From Lachnospiraceae bacterium UBA7050 (GTDB lineage Bacteria; Bacillota; Clostridia; Lachnospirales; Lachnospiraceae), in assembly GCA_002493905.1 (NCBI GenBank), contig DLAJ01000023.1:4375-68374 (forward strand): a stretch of DNA of 64,000 nucleotides, written 5' to 3'. Positions 8,619 to 18,946 of this stretch are shown one piece after another. How positions within the stretch are numbered: position 1 is the stretch's first letter; each line of letters begins with the position of its first letter. The position numbers and the translations under genes were made by a program. The notes under the pieces were generated by a model, which saw nothing but the letters and a program-made list of their open reading frames with translations, was not told where the DNA came from and ran no database searches.

Positions 8619-10067
8619 ATGGAGCATACGAACACATGGAAAACGTATAGCAAAAAGCAGTTAAAAGAGTGCGAGGAGTTTTCGCAGGATTACCGGAATT
8701 TTCTTGACAACGGAAAGACCGAGCGCGAGTGTGTGGATACGATCGTCAATGAGATTGAAAAACACGGATATGTGGAGATGGAAAAGCTTGCGGCGGAGGG
8801 AAAAACGCTTATCCAGGGTGATAAAGTTTATTCGGTATGGATGAATAAGTCCATCGTGCTGTATCAGATTGGCGAGCGTCCGCTGGAGGATGGCATGAAT
8901 ATTCTGGGCGCGCACATTGATTCCCCGCGTCTGGACGTGAAGCAGAATCCGCTTTATGAGGACGGCGGATTTGCTTATCTGGATACACATTATTACGGCG
9001 GCATCAAAAAGTACCAGTGGGTGGCGCTTCCGCTTGCGCTGCACGGTGTTGTGATAAAAAAAGACGGAACGACTATTCTGGTCAATATCGGAGACAAAGA
9101 GGATGATCCGGTTCTTTTCATTTCCGACCTGCTTGTGCATCTTTCCCAGGAGCAGCTCGAGAAGAAGGCGGCAAAAGTGATCGAGGGAGAAGCGCTCGAC
9201 CTGATTATCGGGAACCGCCCTTATCTGGAAGAAGCGGGAAAGAAGAGCGCTGACAAGAAGACCAAAGGTCAGGATGCGGATAAAGAGGACGCGCAGGAAA
9301 AGGAAGCCGTAAAGAAGAGCATCCTTGCGCTGTTAAAAGAGTATTACGATATGGAGGAAGAAGATTTCATTTCCGCGGAATTGGAGATCGTCCCGGCAGG
9401 AAAAGCGCGTGAGGCGGGCATTGACCGCAGCATGGTCATGGCATATGGACAGGATGACCGTGTATGTGCGTTTGCGTCTTATCGTGCGATGCTGGAGCTT
9501 TCTAATGTAAAACGCACGGCATGCTGTATTCTGGTTGATAAAGAAGAGATCGGCAGCGTCGGTGCGACGGGCATGCAGTCTAAGTTTTTTGAAAACTCCG
9601 TTGCGGAGCTGATGGAACTGTGCGGCACGTATTCGGAGCTTGCACTGCGCCGCTGCCTTGCGCATTGCGATATGCTTTCTTCAGACGTTTCAAGCGCGTA
9701 TGATCCGAGCTATGCGGCCAGCTTCGACAAGAAGAATGTGGCCTTCCTTGGAGACGGTATGGTGTTCAACAAATTTACCGGTGCCAGGGGAAAATCGGGT
9801 TCGAATGATGCCAATGCGGAATATATCGCGCATATCAGGGAAATTTTTGAGCGGGAGGAAGTCAACCTGCAGACGGCGGAGCTTGGCAAGGTTGATCTCG
9901 GCGGCGGCGGGACGATTGCCTATATACTGGCACTTTACGGCATGAATGTCATCGACTGCGGCGTACCTGTGCTGAATATGCACGCGCCATGGGAAGTGAC
10001 GAGCAAAGCAGATTTATACGAGATGAAGCGCGGCTATGTGGCGTTTCTTGAAAATGCGGAATTGTGA
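8619..10067 (+). CDS. M18 family aminopeptidase (aminopeptidase 1 type)
   Basis: N-terminal and metal-binding segments are typical of clostridial M18 aminopeptidase 1 (GAHIDSPRLD, DKEEIGS, MHAP). Confidence 0.8.
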   Translation: MEHTNTWKTYSKKQLKECEEFSQDYRNFLDNGKTERECVDTIVNEIEKHGYVEMEKLAAEGKTLIQGDKVYSVWMNKSIVLYQIGERPLEDGMNILGAHIDSPRLDVKQNPLYEDGGFAYLDTHYYGGIKKYQWVALPLALHGVVIKKDGTTILVNIGDKEDDPVLFISDLLVHLSQEQLEKKAAKVIEGEALDLIIGNRPYLEEAGKKSADKKTKGQDADKEDAQEKEAVKKSILALLKEYYDMEEEDFISAELEIVPAGKAREAGIDRSMVMAYGQDDRVCAFASYRAMLELSNVKRTACCILVDKEEIGSVGATGMQSKFFENSVAELMELCGTYSELALRRCLAHCDMLSSDVSSAYDPSYAASFDKKNVAFLGDGMVFNKFTGARGKSGSNDANAEYIAHIREIFEREEVNLQTAELGKVDLGGGGTIAYILALYGMNVIDCGVPVLNMHAPWEVTSKADLYEMKRGYVAFLENAEL

Positions 10068-10093
10068 TTTAGGAATCAGAAATGCAAAAGAGT

Positions 10094-10133
10094 TTTCTGC
10101 GGAAACGTAAAAGGCTTCCGCAGAAAATTTTTT
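10094..10133 (+). terminator. rho-independent terminator after the aminopeptidase gene
   Basis: 12-bp stem TTTTCTGCGGAA/TTCCGCAGAAAA (10094-10105/10116-10127) followed by a T6 run. Confidence 0.8.
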
Positions 10134-10168
10134 ACGATAAGCCGGCCCGCAGAGCGTGGCGGCGTTCG
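10134..10168 (+). repeat. 35-nt imperfect-palindromic intergenic element, copy A
   Basis: ACGATAAGCCGGCCCGCAGAGCGTGGCGGCGTTCG. It differs at 3/35 positions from copy C and 5/35 from copy B, and lies in the queA 5' UTR. Confidence 0.8.
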
Positions 10169-10190
10169 TTCTATATAGGAGAACGGTCAG

Positions 10191-11225
10191 ATGGAACAAT
10201 TACGAAAATCCGATTATTATTTTGAACTGCCGAAGGAACTGATTGCGCAGACCCCGCTCGCAGACCGGGCGGCATCACGTCTGCTTGTATTACATAGAGA
10301 GACGGGGGAGTATGAGCATCACACATTCCGCGATATCAAAAATTATCTGCGCCCCGGGGACTGTCTCGTATTAAATAATACGAAGGTCATTCCCGCAAGG
10401 CTGATGGGTGTCAAGGCAGATACCGGGGCGGTGATTGAAGTGCTGTTATTAAAACGAAAATCGGATGATGTCTGGGAAACGCTGGTGAAGCCGGGGAAAA
10501 AGGCACGTCCCGGTGCGGTCATTTCGTTTGGAAACGGTCTGATTACCGGAACAGTGCTGGAAATTGGAGAGGAAGGAAACCGTCTGATCCGTTTTACTTA
10601 TGACGGAATCTGGGAGGAAGTGCTTGACCGACTTGGCGAGATGCCGCTTCCGCCCTATATTACGCATAAGTTAGAGGACAGGAACCGCTATCAGACGGTA
10701 TATGCCCAATATGAGGGTTCGGCGGCGGCACCGACGGCAGGGCTGCATTTTACGAAGGACCTGCTTGCCGAATTAGAAGCATCGGGGATTGAACTGGCAT
10801 ATGTCACGCTGCATGTGGGGCTGGGAACCTTCCGGCCGGTCAAAGAAGAGAATCTGCTTGATCACCATATGCATTCCGAAAGCTATGAGATCACAGAGGA
10901 AGCTGCACAAAAGATCAACCGCGCAAAACAGAACGGACACCGCGTTATCTGCGTCGGTACGACAAGCTGCCGCACGATTGAGAGTGCGGCTGGTGAAAAC
11001 GGGTTGTTACGGGCATGTAAGGGAGATACCGATATTTTCATTTATCCGGGGTATCGCTTTAAGGTACTGGATGCGCTGATTACGAATTTCCATCTGCCGG
11101 AATCCACGCTCATCATGCTTGTCAGTGCGCTGGCCGGAAGGGAACAGGTGCTTGCCGCCTATCAGGAGGCGGTGAAAGAGCGGTATCGTTTTTTCAGCTT
11201 TGGGGATGCGATGCTGATCTTGTGA
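10191..11225 (+). CDS. queA: tRNA preQ1(34) S-adenosylmethionine ribosyltransferase-isomerase
   Basis: Canonical QueA start ([27 protein letters not shown]) and C-terminus ([26 protein letters not shown]). Confidence 0.95.
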   Translation: MEQLRKSDYYFELPKELIAQTPLADRAASRLLVLHRETGEYEHHTFRDIKNYLRPGDCLVLNNTKVIPARLMGVKADTGAVIEVLLLKRKSDDVWETLVKPGKKARPGAVISFGNGLITGTVLEIGEEGNRLIRFTYDGIWEEVLDRLGEMPLPPYITHKLEDRNRYQTVYAQYEGSAAAPTAGLHFTKDLLAELEASGIELAYVTLHVGLGTFRPVKEENLLDHHMHSESYEITEEAAQKINRAKQNGHRVICVGTTSCRTIESAAGENGLLRACKGDTDIFIYPGYRFKVLDALITNFHLPESTLIMLVSALAGREQVLAAYQEAVKERYRFFSFGDAMLIL

Positions 11226-11249
11226 CCCAATAAAGAACGAATCCGCAAG

Positions 11250-12443
11250 TTAAATATCAATGTCCTTGCGGTCATTATAGAGTGCAAGGATTTTCTGAAT
11301 CTTCTCGGTCGGTGTCATAACGTTCGTCATTGAAATATCATGATTCATGAAGTCAATGATGGAAGCTACAAACTTACTCATATCTGCTTCAATGTAGTAG
11401 GGACGTTCCAACAGTTCGGGACGGCGGTAGCTTAAGTTCGTCGTGATGACTTTGTCAAAATACATTTTTTCATATGCCTGATCGAATGCCTCAAGCCCGC
11501 TTGTGAAAAGACCGTACGTGCAGCATATGTAGACACGCTTGGCGTTCCGCTCTTTTAACTGCCTTGCCGTGTCCAGCATGCTTTCTCCCGAACTGATCAT
11601 ATCATCAATGATGATGACGTCCTTACCGTCGATATTGTCGCCGAGAAATTCATGGGCGACGATCGGGTTTTTACCGTTTACAACCGTAGAATAGTCGCGG
11701 CGTTTATAGAACATGCCGGTATCGACGCCGAGCACGGATGCGAGATAGATCGCACGGTTTAACGCGCCTTCATCCGGACTGATGACAACGGTATGTTCTT
11801 TGTCAATGATCATATCGCGCTCACTGTGAAGAAGTGCGCGCGCGAACTGATAGTGCGGCGTAAAATTGTCAAAACCATGCAGAGGCGTTGCGTTCATGAC
11901 GCGGGGATCATGTGCGTCGAACGTGATAAAGTTTGAAATGCCCATTTCGGCAAGCTCTTCGAGCGCATAAGCGCAGTCCAAAGATTCCCGGCCGCTGCGT
12001 TTATGCTGTCGCCCTTCGTAGAGAAAGGGCATAATAACATTAATCCGGTGCGCCTTGCCGTTTGCTGCGGCTATGATGCGCTTCAGATCCTGATAGTGGT
12101 CGTCCGGTGACATATGGTTTGAAAATCCGTTTAACGAATAGGTGATTGAATAATTCGTTACATCACAGAGAATAAATAAATCCTTGCCCCGCACGGATTC
12201 TCCGATGACTGCTTTTCCCTCGCCGCTGCCGAAGCGGGGGCAGGAAACGGAAAGCAGATAAGAGCTTTCTGTATAACCGTGGAACGCAGGGTCTTTTTTT
12301 GACACATTGTTGATGTTTTTCCGGTAATCGACAAGATAATTGTTGACGCGGTTTCCTAAAAGCTCCGTCCCGTTCATGGAAACGAGTTTTAACGGGGCGA
12401 CAGGAAGGGCATGTTCGAGTTCAGACAGATTAGGCATGATCAT
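11250..12443 (-). CDS. prs: ribose-phosphate pyrophosphokinase family protein (long form)
   Basis: PRPP-binding loop VIIIDDMISSGESM and the Prs-like segment TFDAHDPRV. At 397 aa it is longer than canonical Prs. Confidence 0.75.
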   Translation of the reverse strand: MIMPNLSELEHALPVAPLKLVSMNGTELLGNRVNNYLVDYRKNINNVSKKDPAFHGYTESSYLLSVSCPRFGSGEGKAVIGESVRGKDLFILCDVTNYSITYSLNGFSNHMSPDDHYQDLKRIIAAANGKAHRINVIMPFLYEGRQHKRSGRESLDCAYALEELAEMGISNFITFDAHDPRVMNATPLHGFDNFTPHYQFARALLHSERDMIIDKEHTVVISPDEGALNRAIYLASVLGVDTGMFYKRRDYSTVVNGKNPIVAHEFLGDNIDGKDVIIIDDMISSGESMLDTARQLKERNAKRVYICCTYGLFTSGLEAFDQAYEKMYFDKVITTNLSYRRPELLERPYYIEADMSKFVASIIDFMNHDISMTNVMTPTEKIQKILALYNDRKDIDI

Positions 12444-12450
12444 TCTCCTT

Positions 12451-12485
12451 ACGATAAGCCGCCTCGCGAAGCATGGCGGCGTTCG
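12451..12485 (+). repeat. 35-nt imperfect-palindromic intergenic element, copy B
   Basis: ACGATAAGCCGCCTCGCGAAGCATGGCGGCGTTCG. Its reverse complement abuts the SD (AAGGAGA) of the minus-strand prs gene. Confidence 0.8.
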
Positions 12486-12716
12486 CTGCAGTAAAAAAGA
12501 GTTCTTAAATAAAAACTTTTCAATTATTTTTATATCATTCTGCTAGTGACACGTCAAGAAATTTCTAGTAAAATAAATAGCGGCGGCAATGATGCGGCAT
12601 GGTCTGGATGTGGGAAAGCAGGAGACACAAAACATGACTGCGGAATAAAAAAGCATGACACAGAGCAAGGAAATCAGAGAGCAGGGCGGCACACAGAGTA
12701 AAGAGGAGTCAGGCAG

Positions 12717-14075
12717 ATGGCGGCAGAACATATCATTAAAAGCGTAAAACCGGGCAGCATTGCAGAAGAAATGGGAATCGAATCCGGCGATGTTCTGCTT
12801 TCGATCGGCGGTCATAAGATCGAGGATATTTTTGATTACCAATATCTGATTCAGGATGAATATATTGAGGCTGCAGTGCGCAAGGCAGACGGGGAAGAAT
12901 GGCTGTTAGAGATCGACAAAGAATACAGCGAGGACCTCGGCATTGAATTTGAAAACGGGCTGATGGATGAGTATCGTTCCTGCCGCAACAAATGTATATT
13001 TTGTTTTATCGATCAGATGCCGGACGGCATGCGGGAGACTCTATATTTTAAGGATGATGATTCGAGACTGTCATTTTTGCAGGGAAATTATGTAACGCTG
13101 ACCAATATGTCCGACCATGACATTGAGCGCATCATTCAATATCATTTATCGCCGATCAATATTTCTGTTCAGACAATGAATCCGGAACTCCGCTGCATGA
13201 TGCTGCATAACCGCTTTGCAGGGGAGGCGTTGCAGAAGCTGGACAGGCTTTATGAGGGCGGTATCCGTATGAATGGGCAGATTGTGCTGTGTAAGGGAGT
13301 AAACGACGGGAAAGAGCTGGATTTCAGCATCCGCAGCCTGATGAAATACCTTCCGCAGATGGAGAGCGTATCCGTTGTGCCGGTCGGGTTGTCAAAATAC
13401 CGGGACGGGCTTTATCCGCTGACACCGTTTACAAAAGAGGATGCAGAGGAAGTCCTGAGGCTTATTCACGGATGGCAGGAGCGTATTTACGCGGAGCATG
13501 GAACGCATTTTATTCATGCGTCGGATGAGTGGTATATTCTAGCAGGGGAGGAACTTCCGGAGGAAGAACGTTACGACGGGTATCTGCAGCTCGAAAACGG
13601 AGTCGGCATGGTGCGGCTGATGCTTACGGAATTTGACGAGGCGTATGCGCGGCTTTCTAAAGAGGTACACCGTGGAGCATCGGAGGAGATCCGGGGAGGG
13701 GAAAAACGGGAAATCAGATTGTCGATGGCAACCGGAAAACTGGCGTATCCGTATATCAGACAGATGGCGGACCGCATGGAAAAGCTGTTTTTGGGGCTGA
13801 CGATTCAGGTATTTGCGATCCGTAATGATTTTTTCGGCGAAATGATCACGGTTTCGGGCCTGCTGACGGGAGAGGATATTATGGCGCAGCTAAAAGAGCA
13901 GGAACTTGGCAGTGTCCTGCTTCTGCCGCAGAATGTCCTGCGCAGCGGCGAGGACGTATTTTTGGATGACATGACGCTCTCACAGATGGAAAGCGCTTTA
14001 CAAGTCCCTGTCGATATTGTAAAATCAAGCGGGCAGGACTTTGTGAATGCAATCGTAAAATGGATAAAGAGGTAG
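12717..14075 (+). CDS. PDZ domain / DUF512 radical-SAM-like protein
   Basis: N-terminal PDZ ([26 protein letters not shown]), a Cys cluster [11 protein letters not shown], and the conserved position upstream of der seen in Clostridia. Confidence 0.75.
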   Translation: MAAEHIIKSVKPGSIAEEMGIESGDVLLSIGGHKIEDIFDYQYLIQDEYIEAAVRKADGEEWLLEIDKEYSEDLGIEFENGLMDEYRSCRNKCIFCFIDQMPDGMRETLYFKDDDSRLSFLQGNYVTLTNMSDHDIERIIQYHLSPINISVQTMNPELRCMMLHNRFAGEALQKLDRLYEGGIRMNGQIVLCKGVNDGKELDFSIRSLMKYLPQMESVSVVPVGLSKYRDGLYPLTPFTKEDAEEVLRLIHGWQERIYAEHGTHFIHASDEWYILAGEELPEEERYDGYLQLENGVGMVRLMLTEFDEAYARLSKEVHRGASEEIRGGEKREIRLSMATGKLAYPYIRQMADRMEKLFLGLTIQVFAIRNDFFGEMITVSGLLTGEDIMAQLKEQELGSVLLLPQNVLRSGEDVFLDDMTLSQMESALQVPVDIVKSSGQDFVNAIVKWIKR

Positions 14076-14077
14076 TG

Positions 14078-15412
14078 ATGAGTAAGAAAAGAAAGCCCAT
14101 TGTGGCGGTGGTCGGGAGGCCGAATGTAGGAAAATCGACATTGTTCAATGCGCTGGCGGGGGAACAGATTTCCATTGTCAAGGACACGCCCGGTATTACA
14201 AGGGACCGCATTTATGCGGATATCACGTGGCTGGACAGGCAGCTTACCTTGATCGATACAGGCGGCATTGAGCCGGACAGCAGTGACGTGATCCTTTCGC
14301 AGATGCGCGAGCAGGCGCAGATCGCAATGGATACGGCGGATGTGATTCTGTTTTTGGTGGATGTCAGACAGGGACTTGTCGATGCAGATGCCAAAGTGGC
14401 GGATATGCTCAGGCGTTCCCATAAGCCGGTGGTGCTTGTCGTTAACAAGGTAGACAGCTTTGATAAGATGATGATGGATGTCTATGAGTTTTATAATCTT
14501 GGGATGGGTGAGCCGGTTCCGGTTTCTGCGGCAAACAGACTTGGCATCGGCGATATGCTGGACATCGTGTTGTCCCATTTGGATGAGGAACATTTTGAAG
14601 AGGAAGATGACGACCGCCCGAAGATTGCGATCGTCGGAAAGCCGAATGTGGGAAAATCCTCGATCATCAACAAGCTGATCGGCGAAAACCGCGTGATCGT
14701 GTCCGACATTGCAGGGACGACAAGGGATGCGATCGATACCGCAGTGACGTATCAGGGAAGGGAGTATGTCTTTATTGATACGGCAGGACTGCGGCGAAAA
14801 AATAAAATCAAAGAAGAACTGGAACGGTATATGATCATCCGCACGGTGGGAGCGGTAGAGCGCGCGGACGTGGTCTGCCTTGTCATTGATGCGGTGGAAG
14901 GCGTGACTGAGCAGGACGCGAAGATTGCGGGAATTGCGCATGAGCGCGGCAAGGGCATGATCATTGCAGTCAATAAATGGGATGCGGTAGAAAAGAACGA
15001 TAAGACGATTTATCGTTTCACGGAGAAAATCCGCCAGACGCTGTCGTTTATGCCGTATGCCGAGCTGCTTTTTATCTCGGCAAAGACAGGCCAGCGTTTA
15101 GGAAAGCTGTATGAGACGATTGATGCGGTTGTGGAAAATCACGCGATGCGCGTGCAGACCGGCGTGTTAAATGAGATCATGACCGAAGCGGTAGCTATGC
15201 AGCAGCCGCCGACAGATAAAGGGAAGCGTCTCAGACTCTATTATATCACACAGGTGTCTGTGAAACCGCCGACTTTTGTGATTTTTGTAAATGATAAGGA
15301 ATTGATGCATTTTTCTTATACACGGTATCTGGAAAATCAGATCAGGGAAGCGTTCGGATTTCGTGGAACGCCGTTAAAATTTATTATCAGGGAGCGAAAG
15401 GATAAAGGATAG
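14078..15412 (+). CDS. der: ribosome biogenesis GTPase Der (EngA)
   Basis: Two G domains ([12 protein letters not shown] and [12 protein letters not shown]) plus a KH-like C-terminus. The ATG at 14078 directly follows the upstream stop and has an SD AAAGAGG. Confidence 0.95.
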   Translation: MSKKRKPIVAVVGRPNVGKSTLFNALAGEQISIVKDTPGITRDRIYADITWLDRQLTLIDTGGIEPDSSDVILSQMREQAQIAMDTADVILFLVDVRQGLVDADAKVADMLRRSHKPVVLVVNKVDSFDKMMMDVYEFYNLGMGEPVPVSAANRLGIGDMLDIVLSHLDEEHFEEEDDDRPKIAIVGKPNVGKSSIINKLIGENRVIVSDIAGTTRDAIDTAVTYQGREYVFIDTAGLRRKNKIKEELERYMIIRTVGAVERADVVCLVIDAVEGVTEQDAKIAGIAHERGKGMIIAVNKWDAVEKNDKTIYRFTEKIRQTLSFMPYAELLFISAKTGQRLGKLYETIDAVVENHAMRVQTGVLNEIMTEAVAMQQPPTDKGKRLRLYYITQVSVKPPTFVIFVNDKELMHFSYTRYLENQIREAFGFRGTPLKFIIRERKDKG

Positions 15413-15414
15413 TG

Positions 15415-16071
15415 ATGGTTCGGATTTATTGCTTATTGATCGGGTACGTGTTCGGATTATTTCAGACGGCGTATATTTATGGAAAAATGCATGGAATTGA
15501 TATCAGGGACTACGGAAGCGGAAATGCAGGAACGACGAATACGCTGCGCGTGCTTGGCAGAAAAGCCGGAGTGATCGTGCTCTTTGGCGATATTGCAAAA
15601 TGTATTCTTGCAGTGGTGCTTACGGGGATCATTTTCGACGAATCGCATCCCGACATGATCTATCTGCTAAAGATGTATGCGGCTGCAGGCGCGATTCTTG
15701 GGCATAATTTTCCGTTTTATCTGCACTTTAAGGGCGGCAAGGGGATTGCAGCGACTGCGGGAATGATTCTTTCTTTCCACTGGTATATGATTCCGGTTGA
15801 GGTCGTTGTTTTCTTCGGCACGTTTTTTCTCACGCACTATGTTTCACTCGGCTCTCTGCTAGTCTATCTTGTATTTATGATCATGCTTGTGGTCATGGGG
15901 CAGTACGGCGTGTTCGCCATGCCGCAGGCATACTTAAATGAAATGTATTTGCTGGGAATCCTGCTGACTGTGATGGCGTTTGTAAAGCACAGGCAGAATA
16001 TTGTGCGTCTGATTCACGGGGAAGAGCGCAAGACCTACCTTTCCAAAAAGAACAAAGAGCAGGATAAATAG
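15415..16071 (+). CDS. plsY: glycerol-3-phosphate acyltransferase PlsY
   Basis: PlsY motifs GSGNAGTTNTLRVLG and HNFPFYLHFKGGKG. The start overlaps or abuts the der stop. Confidence 0.93.
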   Translation: MVRIYCLLIGYVFGLFQTAYIYGKMHGIDIRDYGSGNAGTTNTLRVLGRKAGVIVLFGDIAKCILAVVLTGIIFDESHPDMIYLLKMYAAAGAILGHNFPFYLHFKGGKGIAATAGMILSFHWYMIPVEVVVFFGTFFLTHYVSLGSLLVYLVFMIMLVVMGQYGVFAMPQAYLNEMYLLGILLTVMAFVKHRQNIVRLIHGEERKTYLSKKNKEQDK

Positions 16072-16322
16072 ACGAAAGACGAGGATAAGGGTACGAAAGA
16101 CCGGGCACAAGAATCAAAGTCAGATACCACGCCGCAGGCAGGGGGTATCAAGATTGAAACGCCGCAAGCAGCGGGGGATCTGACCCTCGCGGCAGTCGCC
16201 AAATGCCTGGAGGCAGTCACTTGGAGCGTTGCTCGCGGGAATAAAGACAGGCGCGCAATACAGGAAAAACCGCGAATAAAAAGGATGTCAAAAAATATTT
16301 AGGGAAAGAGGGAAATCGGGAC

Positions 16323-17345
16323 ATGGCAAAAATCGGGATGATCGGTGCGGGAAGCTGGGGGATTGCCCTGGCGGTATTATTACACAGGAACGGACATGAT
16401 GTGACAGTCTGGTCAGCGCTTGCGGATGAGATTGACATGCTCGAAAAAGAACATGAATATAAGGATAAGCTGCCCGGCGTCATGCTGCCGATGGACATGC
16501 ATTTTGCCAAAGAGCTTGCGCAGGCGGTCCGGGGAAAAGACTTGCTCGTCCTTGCGGTACCTTCATCGTTTACACGTGCGACTGCGCACAGCATGAGGGA
16601 ATTTGTGAGCGATGGACAGCTGATTGTGAATGTGGCGAAGGGCATTGAGGAAAAAACGCTGATGACGCTTTCCGAAGTCATTGAGCAGGAAATTCCGCAG
16701 GCGGTTGTGGCTGTCTTGTCAGGTCCCTCCCATGCGGAAGAGGTTGGCAGGGGCATCCCGACGACCATTGTTGTCGGTGCCAAGAAGAGAGCGGTTGCCG
16801 AGACGATCCAGAATATTTTTATGAGTCAGGTGTTCCGCGTGTATATCAGCCCCGATGTATTGGGAATTGAGCTTGGTGCGGCGTTAAAGAATGTCGTTGC
16901 GCTTGCGGCGGGCATTGCTGACGGCTTGGGATATGGGGATAATACCAAGGCGGCGCTTATTACGCGCGGCATTGCGGAGATCGCCAGACTTGGAATGGCT
17001 ATGGGCGGAAAACTTGAAACATTCAGCGGGCTGTCGGGTATCGGCGATCTGATCGTTACCTGCGCGTCCATGCATTCGAGAAACCGCCGGGCGGGCATTC
17101 TGATCGGCCAGGGGCATACGATGGAAGAGGCAATGGACGAAGTGAAGATGGTGGTCGAAGGTGTCTATTCTGCAAAGGCAGCAATGGGTCTTGCGCAGAA
17201 ATATCAGGTGCAGCTCCCGATCATCGAGCAGGTAAACGCGATTCTTTTTGACCGCAAGCCGGCGGATGAAGCGGTAAAAGACCTGATGCTTCGTGATAAA
17301 AAAGTAGAGAACACACAGCTTCCGTTCGAAGACGAAAAAGAATGA
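16323..17345 (+). CDS. gpsA: NAD(P)H-dependent glycerol-3-phosphate dehydrogenase
   Basis: GAGSWG nucleotide-binding motif, LSGPSHAEEV, GALKNV; full length. Confidence 0.95.
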   Translation: MAKIGMIGAGSWGIALAVLLHRNGHDVTVWSALADEIDMLEKEHEYKDKLPGVMLPMDMHFAKELAQAVRGKDLLVLAVPSSFTRATAHSMREFVSDGQLIVNVAKGIEEKTLMTLSEVIEQEIPQAVVAVLSGPSHAEEVGRGIPTTIVVGAKKRAVAETIQNIFMSQVFRVYISPDVLGIELGAALKNVVALAAGIADGLGYGDNTKAALITRGIAEIARLGMAMGGKLETFSGLSGIGDLIVTCASMHSRNRRAGILIGQGHTMEEAMDEVKMVVEGVYSAKAAMGLAQKYQVQLPIIEQVNAILFDRKPADEAVKDLMLRDKKVENTQLPFEDEKE

Positions 17346-17392
17346 AGATTAGAAATTCAATTATCAGAGTATAGAAAGGTACGGTGAGGGGG

Positions 17393-18049
17393 ATGAACTG
17401 CTGCAGATGCGGTAAGAATTTTGACTATGAAAAGCATAACGGAATCTGTCCGAAATGCGCGGCTTATAACCGTCCACAGGGACAGACGCCGTATGATTAT
17501 GATGTGGAGAAAGATATTTCTGCACATTATGAAGAAATGGATGAATCTCATGCAAGGCTGCACCGGATGTACGACTCTGCGCCAGCGCATCAGCCAGAAA
17601 AGCAGCATGAGCAATATCATCGTCAATACGATAATCATTACAGGCACCCGCAGCAGCCGGATTACCGGACCAATCAGCCGAATCCGGCGCAGGGAACAGG
17701 CAGCGTACCGAATTACCGGACTAATCAGCCGAATCCGGTGCAGGGGACAGGCAGCGTACCGAATTACCGGACTAATCAGCCGAATCCGGCGCAGGGAACG
17801 GGCAGTGTGCCGAATTACAGAATGAATCAGCCGAATCCGGCACAGAATCAGAGCGGCATTCCTAATAACAGGGTTTATCAGATGCAGGGACAGGGAGGTG
17901 CCCCGAATGGCGGCACTTACCAGATGCAGGGAGCGAACGGGAATCCGCCGCAGAATAAACCGCGCCAAAGTATCGCAGGTAAAGTGATACTGATTATTGT
18001 TATCATCAATATCATTGCTTCATTTTTGCAGATTATATTTTTTTCCTGA
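17393..18049 (+). CDS. zinc-ribbon protein with Q/N/P-rich 17-aa tandem repeats and a C-terminal TM anchor (hypothetical)
   Basis: CxxC..CxxC (CCRCGKNF..ICPKCAAYN) at the N-terminus, four copies of PNYRTNQPNPAQGTGSV, and a tail GKVILIIVIINIIASFLQIIFFS. SD GAGGGGG before the ATG at 17393. Confidence 0.65.
   Translation: MNCCRCGKNFDYEKHNGICPKCAAYNRPQGQTPYDYDVEKDISAHYEEMDESHARLHRMYDSAPAHQPEKQHEQYHRQYDNHYRHPQQPDYRTNQPNPAQGTGSVPNYRTNQPNPVQGTGSVPNYRTNQPNPAQGTGSVPNYRMNQPNPAQNQSGIPNNRVYQMQGQGGAPNGGTYQMQGANGNPPQNKPRQSIAGKVILIIVIINIIASFLQIIFFS
17657..17860 (+). repeat. 51-bp tandem coding repeat, about 4 copies
   Basis: CCG(G/A)ATTACCGGAC(C/T)AATCAGCCGAATCCGG(C/T)GCAGGG.. repeated head to tail, in frame with the CDS at 17393-18049. 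Confidence 0.85.
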
Positions 18050-18110
18050 ATTTTTTGTGAGTAAGAAATTACGCAGCCATGCATCATTCATGCGGAAGGA
18101 ATATGGGAGG

Positions 18111-18845
18111 ATGGAGCGTCTCAAAGGATGCGTGAAGCGGAACAGGAGACGGAGCGGGAGGAGTCGTATCGATATGGACAGGGTCTATGGGAAACGGCGG
18201 CGCACAGCCGTAATGTGTATGTCGATCCTGCTGCTTGCCGCCGCAGGCTGCGGGAAAAAAGAGGAAGATGCCGTAGAGACGATCTCGGTTTCAAATTATG
18301 AGGAGTTTGCATTATCGTTTTATCAATATGGCGGCTTTGTGGAGGAGGATACGGTGGAGATTGATCCGGAGCAGTTTCGGATTTATCACGAAGGCGAACT
18401 GCTTGGCGCATATTCCTACCGCAAATTATCTGATTTTCTGATCTCGCTTTATGAGGAGGACGCACAGGCATATGCAATCTGCCGTTATGAACTTGCGGAC
18501 GATGCCCAGCATATGACGCTTGATCTGCTCGGCGCGACGTCGGGCGATATGGCGGGAGAATGGGAGGTCTTATATACCAACCAGAATTCCACCGCGAAGC
18601 TGGAACTTCTGGTGGAAGGACTCGGAAGGGAGACCGATCAGTTTGATGCTTCGGGAGAGGCGGCGGGTGAGGAGACTTCGTTTTTTTACTGCTTTCGGGG
18701 CAAAAAAGACCATTGCAGGCTGCTTTTATTAAAAGAGGACAAATATTATATTTACGAGGTTGAGGCGGATATGGAACAGCGCAGAATGCGGCTGACGGTC
18801 GTTGAGGAGCATTCCTATACGCAGGACGAAGACGGAGAGGGCTAA
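18111..18845 (+). CDS. hypothetical lipoprotein
   Basis: Lipobox LLLAAAGC after a basic N-terminus, with an acidic mature part. The start is uncertain (ATG 18111 or ATG 18174). Confidence 0.6.
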   Translation: MERLKGCVKRNRRRSGRSRIDMDRVYGKRRRTAVMCMSILLLAAAGCGKKEEDAVETISVSNYEEFALSFYQYGGFVEEDTVEIDPEQFRIYHEGELLGAYSYRKLSDFLISLYEEDAQAYAICRYELADDAQHMTLDLLGATSGDMAGEWEVLYTNQNSTAKLELLVEGLGRETDQFDASGEAAGEETSFFYCFRGKKDHCRLLLLKEDKYYIYEVEADMEQRRMRLTVVEEHSYTQDEDGEG

Positions 18846-18891
18846 GGAAATTTTTGGATAGAAATGAAAATATGGAGCCGGCGGTTGACAA

Positions 18892-18926
18892 CGAACGCCG
18901 TCACGCTTTGCGAGCCGGCTTATCGT
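18892..18926 (-). repeat. 35-nt imperfect-palindromic intergenic element, copy C (reverse orientation)
   Basis: The reverse complement reads ACGATAAGCCGGCTCGCAAAGCGTGACGGCGTTCG. It lies just downstream of the metF stop. Confidence 0.8.
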
Positions 18927-18946
18927 AAAAAGAAATCGTGGATTCC

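Noticed and set aside
13805-14941. 378-aa ORF antisense to the DUF512 and der genes. Similar long antisense ORFs lie at 37791-39167 (458 aa), 18121-18891 (256 aa), 17357-17968 (203 aa), 42880-43548, 53350-54027 and 57955-58635.
   Set aside because: All lie exactly opposite well-supported genes. They are R/H/P/C-rich with no SD sites or recognisable motifs. Their length is the expected by-product of stop-poor antisense frames in moderately GC-rich coding DNA.
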